The notes: generated by a model from the letters alone, not told the origin. 64,000 bases of DNA from an uncultured Gammaproteobacteria bacterium (GCA_964411255.1 CAYPKD010000005.1:5547-69546), one strand, 5' to 3'. Numbered from the stretch's first letter, positions 1 through 11,033 are shown. Translations and numbers: made by a program.

Positions 1-3000
1 TAATAAATGGAAGGAAACTCAATTGGAGGAATTAGAAGAAAGTTTTAGCCAAGTTCAAAAAGAGCTAAAAGATTTAGAACCAATGCAGATTTTACCTGAA
101 AATGTTTACCAGGATTTATCACTTAAATACGGTCATGTTTTTGATGCTGGAATCGGTGCTGATGCTCTTAGGAAATTGTTGCAAAAAGTTGATTTAGAAG
201 CATTAATAAAAAAGCTTGAAGTAGAAATAAAGAAAGAGAAGGTAACAAAAAAGAAAAAAGCAATTAATAGAGTAAAACTATTAAAAAGTTTGAGAAGAAC
301 AGGCATTAAGCCTGAATGGATGGTATTGACCTCAGTCCCAGTCATTCCTCCTGATTTGCGGCCAATGGTGCCATTAGATGGCGGACGGTTTGCCACATCT
401 GATTTAAATGATTTATATAGAAGAGTTATCAGTAGAAATAACCGTCTTAAAAGATTGGTGGATTTGCGTGCCCCAGAAGTTATCTGCAGAAATGAGAAGA
501 GGATGCTTCAGGAAGCAGTGGACGCTTTGATAGATAATTCTGCCAGAAAGGCGAAGACGACTACGGCTTCAACAGGCCAAAAGAGAAATTTAAAATCAAT
601 TGCTGATTATCTTAAAGGTAAGCAGGGGCGTTTTAGACAAAATTTATTAGGAAAAAGAATTGATTATTCTGGACGAAGCGTGATTGTAGTAGGTCCTCAC
701 TTAAAATTACATCAGTGTGGTCTGCCAAAGAAAATGGCTTTAGAATTATTTAAACCATTTATTATTTCTAGACTGATTAAGGAAGAATATGTCCATAATA
801 TTCGAAGCGCAAATCGGTTTATTGAAGCGGACAGATCTGAGGTGTGGGATATTTTAGAAGATATCGTAAAGGGCGCTCATGTATTATTAAATCGTGCGCC
901 GACTCTTCATCGTTTGGGTATCCAGGCTTTTCAACCAGTTTTAATTGAAGGTAAAGCAATTAAATTGCATCCTTTGGTTTGTTCTGCATTTAATGCGGAT
1001 TTTGATGGCGACCAAATGGCTGTGCACGTCCCATTAACTGAAGAAGCAAAAGCGGAAGCAAAGGAGAGAATGCTATCAATTAGAAATTTGTTAAAACCAG
1101 CTACTGGCATGCCAGTTACTCAACCATCAATGGATATGGTATGGGGAAGCTATTATTTAACTGAAATGATTGATAAAGAAAAACCAAAATATTTTAGTGA
1201 TAGTAAAGAAGCAAAATTAGCTTATGACTTGCGAAAAATCACATTACAAGAAAAAATATTGGTTAAAGTTACAACCTCTTCAGATTTGAAAGCAAAAGTA
1301 AAAGATAATATTCTTGAAACAAGTATTGGAAGGATAATTTTTAATAAAATATTTCCAGAAAAAATGCCATTTTATAATGAATTAGTTGATAAGAAAAAGC
1401 TAGCCTCTATCGTAAGTTATGCAATAGAAAAATATGGATTTGATGGTACGTCGAAGATTTTAGATAATATTAAGGAATTAGGTTTTATGCAGCTAACCAA
1501 GTCAGGGTATTCATGGGGTATGGATGATTTACCAAAACTGCAGGGAAAAGAAGAATTAATTAAGGAAGGGAATAAAAGAGTAGATGAAGTTCAGATGCAA
1601 TATGAATCTGGATTATTAACTGAAGATGAGCGATATAGCAAAGTAATTGAAATTTGGACTGAAATAAAGGAGAAAGTAATACAATTAAGTCAGAAAAGCT
1701 TAATTGAAGATGGGCCAGTATATACAATGATAACCTCAAATGCCAGAGGCTCATGGGGTCAGCTTACACAGATGATGGGCATGAAGGGATTGGTGACAAA
1801 CCCAGCAGGTCAAATTATTGAATTACCGGTTAAAGCGAACTTTAAGGAAGGTTTTTCTGTGTTGGAATATTATATTTCTACCCATGGTGCCCGTAAAGGT
1901 TTGTCAGATACTGCGTTAAGAACTGCGAACGCAGGATACTTGACCAGAAGATTAGTTGATGTTTCCCAGGACGTAGTAATTATTAAAGAAGATTGCGGTG
2001 AAAAAGAAGGTAAGTTATATACAAAGGAAGAAAGTGATAATATTGGCCAAAGTTTGGTTTCCAGAATTATTGGCCGATATTTATTAGAAGATATAAAGCA
2101 TCCGAAAACTAAAAAAGTGATTGTCAAAAAAGGAGAAGTAATATCTTTGTCAATTGCTAGAGAATTGGAAAAAATTGATTTGCAAGAGGCCCGGGTGAGA
2201 ACTGTTTTAAACTGCAAACTCAATCGTGGCTTATGTCAAAAATGCTATGGCTATGATTTATCTTATAACAAGCCGGTTGATTTAGGGTCTGCTGTAGGTA
2301 TTATTGCTGCGCAGAGTATTGGTGAACCAGGAACCCAGCTTACTATGAGAACTTTCCATACTGGTGGTGTAGCTGGTCAAGATATTACCCAAGGTTTGCC
2401 GAGGGTTGAAGAAATATTTGAAGCTCGTCCACCAAAGAAGAAAGCATTGTTAAGTGAGGCCACTGGAAAAGTATCTATTATTGAAAAACCTAGAGTCATC
2501 CAAGGACCAAAAGGTGAAATTATAGCTCAAACTGCATTTGGAGAAAGGACTATAAAAATTAAATATAGAGAGGAAGAAGTTGATACATATAATTTTAAAG
2601 ATTCTAAAAAAGTTGAATTAGTGGTAAAGGATAATGCTAAGGTAAAACAAGGCGATTTACTCTTCACTGAAGGCCGTAAAAAAATAAAGGCTGTAAGAGA
2701 CGGTGTATTAAATATCGAAGAGAAAGGTGTAAAGATAGTAAATGATATAAATAAGGAAAAGGAATATATTATTCCAGCAGGTGTTACAGTTTGGGTAAAA
2801 GACGGTGACAAAGTGCAAAAAGGTGATCAGCTGACTGAAGGAAGTATAAATCTTGAGGAATTATATAACCTTAAAGGCAAAGATGCTGTCCAGCAGTATA
2901 TATCAAATGAAATTCAGTACATTTATTCATCTCAGGGACAGAAATTAAATGATAAGCATGTTGAGGTTATTTGCCGTCAAATGTTTTCTAGGGTTTATAT

Positions 3001-3298
3001 CAAAGAACCAGGTGATACCTATTTGCTCGAAGGTGAAATAGTAGAAAAGTCTGAATTAGAAGAAGCTAATGAACAAGTGAAAAAAGGTGGCAGGCTGGCA
3101 GCAGTTGAAGAAAAGTTTTTGGGTATTTCAAAAGTATCGCTCTCAACAAAGAGTTTCTTATCTGCAGCCTCATTCCAGGAAACAGCAAGGGTTTTGATAA
3201 ATGCTGCTGTTACTGGAAAAATTGATAGATTAGAAGGCTTAAAAGAAAATGTTATTATTGGTAAATTGATTCCAGCTGGAACAGGATTTAAAAAGTAA
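1..3298 (+). CDS. rpoC: DNA-directed RNA polymerase subunit beta' (5'-truncated by window start; reading frame is open back to base 2)
   Basis: NADFDGDQMAVH catalytic Mg-binding motif; long beta'-like C-terminal region; frame open to window edge. Confidence 0.95.
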   Translation, partial: NKWKETQLEELEESFSQVQKELKDLEPMQILPENVYQDLSLKYGHVFDAGIGADALRKLLQKVDLEALIKKLEVEIKKEKVTKKKKAINRVKLLKSLRRTGIKPEWMVLTSVPVIPPDLRPMVPLDGGRFATSDLNDLYRRVISRNNRLKRLVDLRAPEVICRNEKRMLQEAVDALIDNSARKAKTTTASTGQKRNLKSIADYLKGKQGRFRQNLLGKRIDYSGRSVIVVGPHLKLHQCGLPKKMALELFKPFIISRLIKEEYVHNIRSANRFIEADRSEVWDILEDIVKGAHVLLNRAPTLHRLGIQAFQPVLIEGKAIKLHPLVCSAFNADFDGDQMAVHVPLTEEAKAEAKERMLSIRNLLKPATGMPVTQPSMDMVWGSYYLTEMIDKEKPKYFSDSKEAKLAYDLRKITLQEKILVKVTTSSDLKAKVKDNILETSIGRIIFNKIFPEKMPFYNELVDKKKLASIVSYAIEKYGFDGTSKILDNIKELGFMQLTKSGYSWGMDDLPKLQGKEELIKEGNKRVDEVQMQYESGLLTEDERYSKVIEIWTEIKEKVIQLSQKSLIEDGPVYTMITSNARGSWGQLTQMMGMKGLVTNPAGQIIELPVKANFKEGFSVLEYYISTHGARKGLSDTALRTANAGYLTRRLVDVSQDVVIIKEDCGEKEGKLYTKEESDNIGQSLVSRIIGRYLLEDIKHPKTKKVIVKKGEVISLSIARELEKIDLQEARVRTVLNCKLNRGLCQKCYGYDLSYNKPVDLGSAVGIIAAQSIGEPGTQLTMRTFHTGGVAGQDITQGLPRVEEIFEARPPKKKALLSEATGKVSIIEKPRVIQGPKGEIIAQTAFGERTIKIKYREEEVDTYNFKDSKKVELVVKDNAKVKQGDLLFTEGRKKIKAVRDGVLNIEEKGVKIVNDINKEKEYIIPAGVTVWVKDGDKVQKGDQLTEGSINLEELYNLKGKDAVQQYISNEIQYIYSSQGQKLNDKHVEVICRQMFSRVYIKEPGDTYLLEGEIVEKSELEEANEQVKKGGRLAAVEEKFLGISKVSLSTKSFLSAASFQETARVLINAAVTGKIDRLEGLKENVIIGKLIPAGTGFKK

Positions 3299-3415
3299 TA
3301 TTACGAATACCCCGAATTATTGATCCGAATATCTGAAATATTTTATAATTCGTAGAGTATTCAGATTATTTGGGGTATTAGGATAGGAAATTCGGGTCAT
3401 TAGGATCAATAATTT

Positions 3416-5275
3416 ATGAAGAAAAATTTAACAAAAAATGTAATTATATTCATTGTCATCTTTTTTGTGATTGCTGCAATTTTCAGTACGTATAACCTGT
3501 CCAACAAGGAAAAAGAAACTATTGATGTTCAAAAAATGATTCAGGAAATAGATGAAGAGAAAATTAAGTCAATTGAAGTGGCAGGCAGTGAAATATCATT
3601 AATTTTAAAAGATGATTCATTGCAAACACTAAAAAAAGAGCCAAATGAAAATTTCTCAGATTTGGTGAATAATTATAATATTGATAGGGAAAAACTATCT
3701 TTAATTTCAATTGAAGTAACAGAAGAGAGAGGGATGTCTTTTTGGTTAACCAGCGTTTTACCCTTTTTATTGCCGATTTTATTGATTGTAGCATTTATTT
3801 GGTTTATGATGCGACAAGTTCAGGGTGCAAATACAAAGGCAATGTCTTTTGGTCAGAGCCAGGCAAAGCAGTTTGACAGTAAGGGGAAAAATAAAACCAG
3901 TTTCAAAGATGTTGCAGGTGTGAGGGAAGCAAAAGAAGAATTAAAAGAAGTGGTTGAGTTTTTACGCTATCCAAAAAAGTTTTTAGATTTAGGAGCAAAG
4001 ATTCCTAAGGGTGTATTGCTGATGGGCCCTCCGGGTACAGGGAAAACATTGCTAGCAAAAGCTGTCGCCGGAGAGGCAAAGGTTCCATTCTTTACTATAT
4101 CAGGATCTGAATTTGTTGAGATGTTTGTTGGTGTGGGTGCGTCCCGGGTAAGAGATTTATTTAAGAAAGCAAAAAAGAATGCACCCTGTATTATATTTAT
4201 TGATGAAATTGATGCCGTTGGCAGACAAAGGGGAGCTGGTCTGGGTGGTTCGCATGATGAAAGAGAACAGACATTGAACCAAATTTTGGTTGAGTTAGAC
4301 GGATTTGATGTCAATACAAATGTGATCGTTATGGCAGCTACCAACAGGCCTGATGTTTTAGACCCGGCTTTACTTCGGCCAGGAAGATTTGACCGCAGAG
4401 TTATTTTAGATATGCCAGATATTCGAGATAGAGAAGAAATATTAAAAGTTCATGCTAAAGGCAAGCCATTAACGAAAAAAGTTAACATGAGAAGAGTTGC
4501 AGAAAGAACTCCGGGATTTTCTGGCGCTGACTTATCAAATTTACTAAACGAAGCGGCTATTTTAACAGCCAGAAAGGACAAGCATGAGATTGGTATGGAT
4601 GAAATACTTGATAGTATTGAAAAGGTTCTGCTTGGTCCGGAAAGAAAAAGTAAAGTACTTACTGTGGAAGAGAAAAAAGTAACAGCTTATCATGAAGCTG
4701 GCCATGCTTTAGTTGCCCATATTCAGCCAGGAGTTGATCCGGTGCAAAAAGTATCTATAGTTTCCAGAGGCCATGCAGCTGGGTATACATTGAAATTACC
4801 AACAAAAGACCGAAGCCTGCACAAGAAATCAGAATTTATAAGTGATTTGGCTGTGTTATTGGCAGGTCATACTGTAGAAAAGATAATTTTTGGCGAGGTG
4901 ACTACTGGCGCATCCAATGATTTGCAAAAGGCAACCGATCTCGCAAGAAATATCGTCACCCGATATGGTATGAGCGAGCATTTGGTGCCAAGAATATATG
5001 GGGAAAAAGAAGAATTAGTATTTTTAGGCAGGGATATACGGGAACAGAGAAACTATAGTGAGAAAGTAGCTGAAGTTATTGATAAGGAAATTGATTATCT
5101 AATAAGCGAAGCAGTAAAAACCTCTACTAATATTATTAATGATGAAAAAGATAAGCTTGAAAAGATAGTTAAACATCTTTTGGAACATGAAACGCTCGAA
5201 CAAGATGAGTTTATAAAGTTAATAGGCAAAAAAAAAGAATTAAACAAGAATGATAATATTGAAAAAAAAGAATAA
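3416..5275 (+). CDS. ftsH: ATP-dependent zinc metalloprotease FtsH
   Basis: N-terminal TM helices, AAA Walker [15 protein letters not shown] zinc-binding motif. Confidence 0.95.
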   Translation: MKKNLTKNVIIFIVIFFVIAAIFSTYNLSNKEKETIDVQKMIQEIDEEKIKSIEVAGSEISLILKDDSLQTLKKEPNENFSDLVNNYNIDREKLSLISIEVTEERGMSFWLTSVLPFLLPILLIVAFIWFMMRQVQGANTKAMSFGQSQAKQFDSKGKNKTSFKDVAGVREAKEELKEVVEFLRYPKKFLDLGAKIPKGVLLMGPPGTGKTLLAKAVAGEAKVPFFTISGSEFVEMFVGVGASRVRDLFKKAKKNAPCIIFIDEIDAVGRQRGAGLGGSHDEREQTLNQILVELDGFDVNTNVIVMAATNRPDVLDPALLRPGRFDRRVILDMPDIRDREEILKVHAKGKPLTKKVNMRRVAERTPGFSGADLSNLLNEAAILTARKDKHEIGMDEILDSIEKVLLGPERKSKVLTVEEKKVTAYHEAGHALVAHIQPGVDPVQKVSIVSRGHAAGYTLKLPTKDRSLHKKSEFISDLAVLLAGHTVEKIIFGEVTTGASNDLQKATDLARNIVTRYGMSEHLVPRIYGEKEELVFLGRDIREQRNYSEKVAEVIDKEIDYLISEAVKTSTNIINDEKDKLEKIVKHLLEHETLEQDEFIKLIGKKKELNKNDNIEKKE

Positions 5276-5300
5276 AAGTAAAGCTGCTTTTCGCAGCTTT
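5276..5300 (+). terminator. rho-independent terminator after ftsH
   Basis: aaagctgc-ttttc-gcagcttt hairpin followed by T-rich run. Confidence 0.5.
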
Positions 5301-5310
5301 ATTTGTTTAT

Positions 5311-6105
5311 ATGAAAAAAATAATTATTCCCCTAATTTTTTTAATAATTCTCCTGTCAGGCTGTAGCGTGGAAGTCATAGAACAAGACGATCAGAATGTA
5401 GCGGAAACCACATTTGAATTGTCCAAAGTAGAGTTTACCAACTGGACTCAAATTGATATTGGATTAAACATAAAACAATTTATTGCTGATAATCAAAATA
5501 CAATCACAGTATTGAGGATAGATGAAGATAAATATGAATGGGCGCTAGCTCAGGATAGAAGCAATCCAAAAATTATCAGCCAATGGCAGCAGAAATTGAA
5601 AGCAGAAATTGTAATAAATGGAGGATATTTTGATGAGAATAATGAATCCACTGGATTTTTAAAGATTGAAGGAGAAAAATTTGGGAATTTATCGATTAAT
5701 GGTAAAAACGGATATACGGGAATGTTATTAATAAAAGACAATCAGCCTGAATTGAGATATTTACCTGCAGAAAATTATAAAAATGAAAAAGTCAATTTTG
5801 CATTGCAGACTTTTCCAACATTAATCTATAATAATAAAAGCTTAATAACCGAAGATAGTGGGAAAACTGCGAGAAGAACGGTTTTAGCCCAGACAAAAGA
5901 TAAAAAGACTTATATTATTATTTCAGAATCATTTATCAGTTTATACAAATTAGCTCAATGGCTGGAAAATTCAGAATTAGATATTTCAATTGCTATAAAC
6001 CTGGATGGCGGACCCTCAACAGGTTTGATTGTAAAAGATTATTATAAATCTGATTCGGCTTTAGTACCTAATGTTGTTTATTTAACGGCGGTCGGCAATA
6101 GGTAG
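5311..6105 (+). CDS. lipoprotein, possible phosphodiester glycosidase (NAGPA/DUF2233-like) family
   Basis: signal peptide with LSGC lipobox; NLDGGPSTG resembles the NLDGGGS motif of that family (weak). Confidence 0.6.
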   Translation: MKKIIIPLIFLIILLSGCSVEVIEQDDQNVAETTFELSKVEFTNWTQIDIGLNIKQFIADNQNTITVLRIDEDKYEWALAQDRSNPKIISQWQQKLKAEIVINGGYFDENNESTGFLKIEGEKFGNLSINGKNGYTGMLLIKDNQPELRYLPAENYKNEKVNFALQTFPTLIYNNKSLITEDSGKTARRTVLAQTKDKKTYIIISESFISLYKLAQWLENSELDISIAINLDGGPSTGLIVKDYYKSDSALVPNVVYLTAVGNR

Positions 6106-6144
6106 TAGGCCAGATGTTAATAAGTTTTCGCTATAAAATTAAAC

Positions 6145-6160
6145 TTTTGATATAATAAAA
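6145..6160 (+). promoter_or_regulatory. extended -10 promoter-like 16-mer TTTTGATATAATAAAA
   Basis: identical 16-mer also at 11093-11108; both are upstream of + strand genes. Confidence 0.4.
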
Positions 6161-6241
6161 GTAGCTTGATGTCAAGTTACTTTTTAATTACCAATATACA
6201 AATTAATATAAAATATTACAAATAATAACAAATATACAAAT

Positions 6242-7327
6242 ATGCCATTGTACAGAATTATTTTAAAAAAAGCATGGAAGATTAGTTTGAAAAATAAATG
6301 GCTTTGGTTTTTAGGATTTTTTGCTGCCTTTTTAAGTAATGAAAGTATTTATGAATCTATCATTGGTGGATTTACAAATAAGTTTCAGGGTCAGGATTTT
6401 GTTTTCCTGACTAAAGACTTTTTAGGTGTTGGGTTATTAGATATTTTTCAATGGTCATTTTTAAAATCATGGTGGACTTCAGGAAGTATTACTTTTACTT
6501 TTTTGTTATTGGTTACAATAGCTTTTATTTGTTTATTATTATTCTTTGTCTTTGTTTCAATTATTTCCCAGGCAGGATTGATCAAGTCAGCAATTGCCAT
6601 TGATGTAAAAAAAACATACAGCCTAAAAAAAGCTTTGCAGGATGGTATTGAGAAGTTTTGGTCTGTATTGGCGCTGAATGTGATTACAAAAGTCGTTTTA
6701 TTTGGAGTATTGGTGATTGTTGCATATTTATTTTCTGCATTAATAAAATTAAATCCAGTTAATTTTATTGATTACGTTTTGTATGTGATCTTTATTGCAT
6801 TATTGGTTTTTGGCGCATTGATAATATATTATTTAACAATTTATGGCACTGCTTTTATAATGCTCAGAGGAAAAAAAGTTTTTGATAGCTTAAGACTTTC
6901 ATGGCACATTTTTGTAAAAAATATATTGATAAATTTAGAAATGGCTTTGATTTTATTTGTGTTCGTAATATTGTTAACCATAGTATATTTAATTGTTCTG
7001 TTTGTATTAGGAACCCCATTAGTTCTGCTATACATGCTTTTAGGCTTTGCTGCAGCAGAAAAAGGGGTGATTATTGTCGCTGCTTTAGCTGTATTACTGT
7101 TTATTATTGTTACAGTATTTTTCGGAGCCTGGTATTCTACATTTCAAATCACATGCTGGGCTTTGCTATTTGAAGAATTGGTGTTGAAAAAAGGACGATC
7201 AAAGTTTCTAAGAGTTTTAGATGCGATTTTTGGTAAAAGTAAAAGGAAAAAATTAAACAAAGGGAAAATAAAAAAAATTGCCCGAAAGACTGTAAAGAAG
7301 GGTAAGAAAAGTTTAAGAAGAAGATAA
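6242..7327 (+). CDS. polytopic membrane protein with Lys-rich C-terminal tail, unknown function
   Basis: multiple hydrophobic helices; C-terminal KRKKLNKGKIKKIARKTVKKGKK tail. Confidence 0.7.
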   Translation: MPLYRIILKKAWKISLKNKWLWFLGFFAAFLSNESIYESIIGGFTNKFQGQDFVFLTKDFLGVGLLDIFQWSFLKSWWTSGSITFTFLLLVTIAFICLLLFFVFVSIISQAGLIKSAIAIDVKKTYSLKKALQDGIEKFWSVLALNVITKVVLFGVLVIVAYLFSALIKLNPVNFIDYVLYVIFIALLVFGALIIYYLTIYGTAFIMLRGKKVFDSLRLSWHIFVKNILINLEMALILFVFVILLTIVYLIVLFVLGTPLVLLYMLLGFAAAEKGVIIVAALAVLLFIIVTVFFGAWYSTFQITCWALLFEELVLKKGRSKFLRVLDAIFGKSKRKKLNKGKIKKIARKTVKKGKKSLRRR

Positions 7328-7341
7328 ATTTATTTATATAT

Positions 7342-7368
7342 AAAACAAGGCATAAAGCCTTGTTTTTG
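7342..7368 (+). terminator. rho-independent terminator
   Basis: caaggcataaagccttg hairpin followed by T run. Confidence 0.6.
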
Positions 7369-7374
7369 TTTTCG

Positions 7375-7414
7375 TCAAAAGGTAAAAACGAATTCGAATT
7401 CGTTTTTACCTTTT
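7375..7414 (-). terminator. bidirectional terminator, perfect 40-nt palindrome
   Basis: caaaaggtaaaaacgaattcgaattcgtttttaccttttg lies at the 3' end of the minus-strand methyltransferase gene. Confidence 0.6.
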
Positions 7415-8554
7415 GACGGCTATTTTCCAAATTGTAATTCTTCGAACCAAATGTTGTCCTGGCCTTGAATAATCAAATTCATTGAGTAAATTATAGCCAA
7501 GCTGTTTTATATTTTCATCAATTGACGTATCGATTATTTGTTTTTTAGATTTTAATTTTGGAAAGATAAATACCACTATATGTTTAGATCCAAGCAATTT
7601 ACTAAATTTTTCAAAGGATTTTAAATATAAAAGCTGAAGTTCTTTTTTTATTTTATTTAAGTCTGCCTGATTTTCTTTACCAGTTAAGGGTTTGCCTAAA
7701 TATGGTTCAGTGACAATTGCTTGAGGTAAAAATTTTAAATCTTTTGCAGTTGCTTTGGTTATGTCTAGCGTTTTCATTTCAATATTTACAGTTAAATTAA
7801 AATTTTCAAGCAGCCAATCAATATTTTTTTGAGCTTTTAGAATAGTTGAAGCATTTATATCACTACCAAAGATGTTTTCATATCCTAATATTGCTGCTTG
7901 CTGCAAAATAGTGCCAAAACCGCAAAATGGATCCCAAATAGTTTTTGTTTTTTGTGGAATTAGATTAATCATCATTTGCGCCACTTTAGGCGGCAGCATA
8001 CCTATCTTGGGATCAAATTCTGGACGGCCATAGTCAAGCTTGTTCCAGAGCTCAAAGTCCTGAACGGCTAAGGTTTTACCAATTAAAAAAATTCCGCGTT
8101 GTTCAAAAATACAAAGCTCAATTCCCTGATCAATCAGCTTATTTTTTTTAACAACGACTGCGGTTAGGTTTTGCGTTTTCGGACTCACAAATCTACATGG
8201 CCGGCTTTGTTTAATAATTTTTTTTATTTCAATGCCCAGTTTGTTTATTTTAAGTTTTTGATTTGTATAGTCGCTTATTCCAAACTGGATCTTGTTTGTT
8301 TGTTTTAAATCAATCGTTTTGATGAGCTCGTTGGCATTGAGTCTCTGAATTTGGCCGATGATTTCACCGAATTTTATTTGACCGCCGAGTCTGTAAAAGA
8401 TTTTGTTATCTATTTTTTCTTTCGATTCAATAATAAAAAGCTCGTTTTGCTGCAAAATTTGCTTAAATTCAATTTTTGTTAAAAACAAAACGTTTTTTAT
8501 CTCAGCTAAAGATAATTGGGGTGTTTTTCCAAAAATAAAATAATATTTATGCAT
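7406..8554 (-). CDS. putative RNA (guanine-N2)-methyltransferase, UPF0020/Trm11-RlmL-like
   Basis: DPFCGFGT SAM-binding motif; the ORF extends to 8704 but the likely start is the downstream Met MHKYYFIFG at 8554. Confidence 0.6.
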   Translation of the reverse strand: MHKYYFIFGKTPQLSLAEIKNVLFLTKIEFKQILQQNELFIIESKEKIDNKIFYRLGGQIKFGEIIGQIQRLNANELIKTIDLKQTNKIQFGISDYTNQKLKINKLGIEIKKIIKQSRPCRFVSPKTQNLTAVVVKKNKLIDQGIELCIFEQRGIFLIGKTLAVQDFELWNKLDYGRPEFDPKIGMLPPKVAQMMINLIPQKTKTIWDPFCGFGTILQQAAILGYENIFGSDINASTILKAQKNIDWLLENFNLTVNIEMKTLDITKATAKDLKFLPQAIVTEPYLGKPLTGKENQADLNKIKKELQLLYLKSFEKFSKLLGSKHIVVFIFPKLKSKKQIIDTSIDENIKQLGYNLLNEFDYSRPGQHLVRRITIWKIAVKR

Positions 8555-8806
8555 ATATTTTATTGTATCATTTTTTTGATATTTTGATACTTTTATACAT
8601 ACAAATAAAAGTCTGCGCCTATGCCATTTTACAGCAGAATGTTGAGGAGAGAGAGATTTGGTTTTGAATACGTTGTTACGTACCCTAGCCAAAAACATTC
8701 GCACTGTTATAAATTGGCAAAAAGACGCAGACTTTTACAACCAATGTATTTATTATTGTAGCATATTTTTAAATTTTGTAAATACTTAAAAGTTAAATAC
8801 AGCAAA

Positions 8807-8841
8807 TTGACACTTTTCGAAAAAATTGCTAAACTAAAAGC
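8807..8841 (+). promoter_or_regulatory. sigma70-like promoter (TTGACA, 17-nt spacer, TAAACT) upstream of the long infB leader
   Basis: sequence inspection only. Confidence 0.35.
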
Positions 8842-9022
8842 AATCTTTTTATTTAAGAAGGCCTAAGAAGGCACCAGATGGCTTAATAGATAAAGAGGAA
8901 AAGAGGTTGAGAAGGCAAGTATTAAAATTGGAATAGCCTTCTTTTCCCATATGCCTCATTTTCCTATCAATCCCGCTTAAGCCCTATCAAGCCTTCTTTA
9001 ATAATGAAAGGAGAATATTACC

Positions 9023-11005
9023 ATGAATGTAACAGAATTAGCTAGAATATTAAAAGTTCCGACAAGCGAGCTTTTGGATAAACTGCCAAAGCTTGGTTTT
9101 AGTATTGGGAAAAAAGCGATAAAGGTAAATGATAAATTAGCTCAGCAGATTATGATCGCCTGGCGAGCGCAGGAAAAGCAAAAGGTACAAGAAGAAAAAT
9201 ATTTATCAACAAAAGATCAGGAAGAAGAAAAGGAAGTGATTGAAAAAGGTGAGGTAAATATCCCACCTGTTTTAACGGTAAGAGATTTTTCAAAAATATT
9301 AAATATGCCTGTTACTGAAGTGATTGCAGAATTAATGAAAAATGGAGTCATGGCATCAGTAAACCAGCGTATTGATTATGATACAGCTGCAATTATTGCA
9401 GAAGAATTGGGATTCCAACCAACAGAAGAGGATGTGGAAGCCAAGTTTGAAGTCGATAAATCAGTAAGAGTTAAGGAAGTTTTAGAAAAAGAAAAAAAAT
9501 TATTAGACCGGGCGCCTGTTATTGTAGTTCTTGGCCATGTTGATCATGGAAAGACAAAGCTTTTGGATGCAATAAGAAAAACAAATGTTGTTGAAGGCGA
9601 GGCCGGAGGAATTACCCAACACATTGGTGCTTATCAAGTGAAAAAACAAGGAAGAAAAATTACTTTTATTGATACTCCAGGACATGAGGCATTTACAGCT
9701 ATGCGTTCCCGCGGAGCAAAAATAGCAGACATTGCCATTTTAATAATTGCTGCTGATGATGGCATTAAGCCACAGACCGTTGAAGCGTTAAAAATTGCCC
9801 AGGAAGCGGGTTTGACAATTGTAGTTGCTATCAATAAAATTGACAAGCCCGCTGCAAATGTTGAAAAAGTGAAGCAAGAGCTAACAAAATATAATTTATT
9901 ATCAGAAGAATGGGGAGGCAAAACAATTTGTGTTCCAATATCAGCGAAACAAAATATTGGCATTGATGAATTATTAGAACAGATTTTATTAGTGGCAGAC
10001 ATGGAAGCTGAAAAAATCGTAGCCAATCCGGAAGGACAATTTATTGGAAGTACGATTGAATCGCATGTTGATAAGAACGTAGGACCGGTAGCCACTGTTT
10101 TAGTGAAAAATGGAACGTTAACAAAAGGAGATTTGTTATCTGGTGATGGCGAGTATTTTGGAAAAGTAAGAGCAATGAAAAATTATAGAGGTGAAGAATT
10201 AGACGAGGCCGGCCCATCAGTCCCTGTTCAAATCATCGGTTTTAAGGTGGCGCCAAAAGTAGGAGATGTTATTGAAGTTGGTGGAGATATGAAAAAAGCT
10301 CGAAGAAAAACAGATTATTATAAATTAACAAAAGAAGAGGAATTTGTTAAAACGTCGCATGACTCAGAAGATAATGAAGAAAAAGAAGGCATTACAAAGC
10401 TGGCTATTGTTTTACGAACCGATGTTTTAGGCTCCCAGGAGGCGATTATTGAATCTTTAGAAAAAATTGAAACTGATGATATAAAAATAGACATTGTATC
10501 AAAAGGACTGGGCAGTGTAAATGAATCAGATGTGTTGGCTGCAGAAGCCAGTAATGCAATGCTTTTGGGTTTTAATGTTATTCCTTCAAACGCAGCTGAA
10601 GCACTGGCCAGAGATAAGGGTATTGAAATAAAAACATTTAAAATAATTTATGAAATAATTGATGAGGTGAAGGCACGGCTGAATGAACTTATTAAGGCTG
10701 AATTAATCAGGGAAGATTTAGGTAAATTGGAGGTTTTAGCGTTATTTAAAAAAACAGATAAAGGGCATATCATCGGGGGCAAAGTAATTGAAGGAAAAAT
10801 AGAGGCAAACACCAGTGCGGCAGTAATAAGAAATAAGGCATTTATAGGACTGGGTAAAATTACAGAGCTACAATCGGGAAAACAGGAGGTAAAAGATGTT
10901 CAAAAGGGCCAGGAAGCCGGACTTTCATTTGAAGGACAGGCTGATATTGAAATTGGCGATATTTTAGATATTTATCGTGAGCGGGAACAGAAGAAAGTCA
11001 TTTGA
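9023..11005 (+). CDS. infB: translation initiation factor IF-2 (short form)
   Basis: G-domain GHVDHGKT and DTPGH motifs; IF-2 C-terminal domains. Confidence 0.95.
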   Translation: MNVTELARILKVPTSELLDKLPKLGFSIGKKAIKVNDKLAQQIMIAWRAQEKQKVQEEKYLSTKDQEEEKEVIEKGEVNIPPVLTVRDFSKILNMPVTEVIAELMKNGVMASVNQRIDYDTAAIIAEELGFQPTEEDVEAKFEVDKSVRVKEVLEKEKKLLDRAPVIVVLGHVDHGKTKLLDAIRKTNVVEGEAGGITQHIGAYQVKKQGRKITFIDTPGHEAFTAMRSRGAKIADIAILIIAADDGIKPQTVEALKIAQEAGLTIVVAINKIDKPAANVEKVKQELTKYNLLSEEWGGKTICVPISAKQNIGIDELLEQILLVADMEAEKIVANPEGQFIGSTIESHVDKNVGPVATVLVKNGTLTKGDLLSGDGEYFGKVRAMKNYRGEELDEAGPSVPVQIIGFKVAPKVGDVIEVGGDMKKARRKTDYYKLTKEEEFVKTSHDSEDNEEKEGITKLAIVLRTDVLGSQEAIIESLEKIETDDIKIDIVSKGLGSVNESDVLAAEASNAMLLGFNVIPSNAAEALARDKGIEIKTFKIIYEIIDEVKARLNELIKAELIREDLGKLEVLALFKKTDKGHIIGGKVIEGKIEANTSAAVIRNKAFIGLGKITELQSGKQEVKDVQKGQEAGLSFEGQADIEIGDILDIYREREQKKVI

Positions 11006-11008
11006 TTA

Positions 11009-11033
11009 AGGTGGTAGGCCGGTAGGATGGTAG
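11009..11033 (+). repeat. array of 3 tandem 8-nt NNNGGTAG repeats
   Basis: ggtggtag gccggtag gatggtag immediately 3' of the infB stop. Confidence 0.5.

Noticed and set aside
133-2811. Several 60-120-aa minus-strand ORFs inside rpoC, with similar ones inside ftsH, infB, leuS, uvrA and others
   Set aside because: They are antisense to well-supported long genes, have no RBS and have low-complexity composition.
6901-7173. 90-aa + strand ORF and 64-aa minus-strand ORF inside the membrane protein gene at 6242-7327
   Set aside because: Alternative frames of a long hydrophobic gene, Cys/Phe-rich low-complexity sequence, no RBS.
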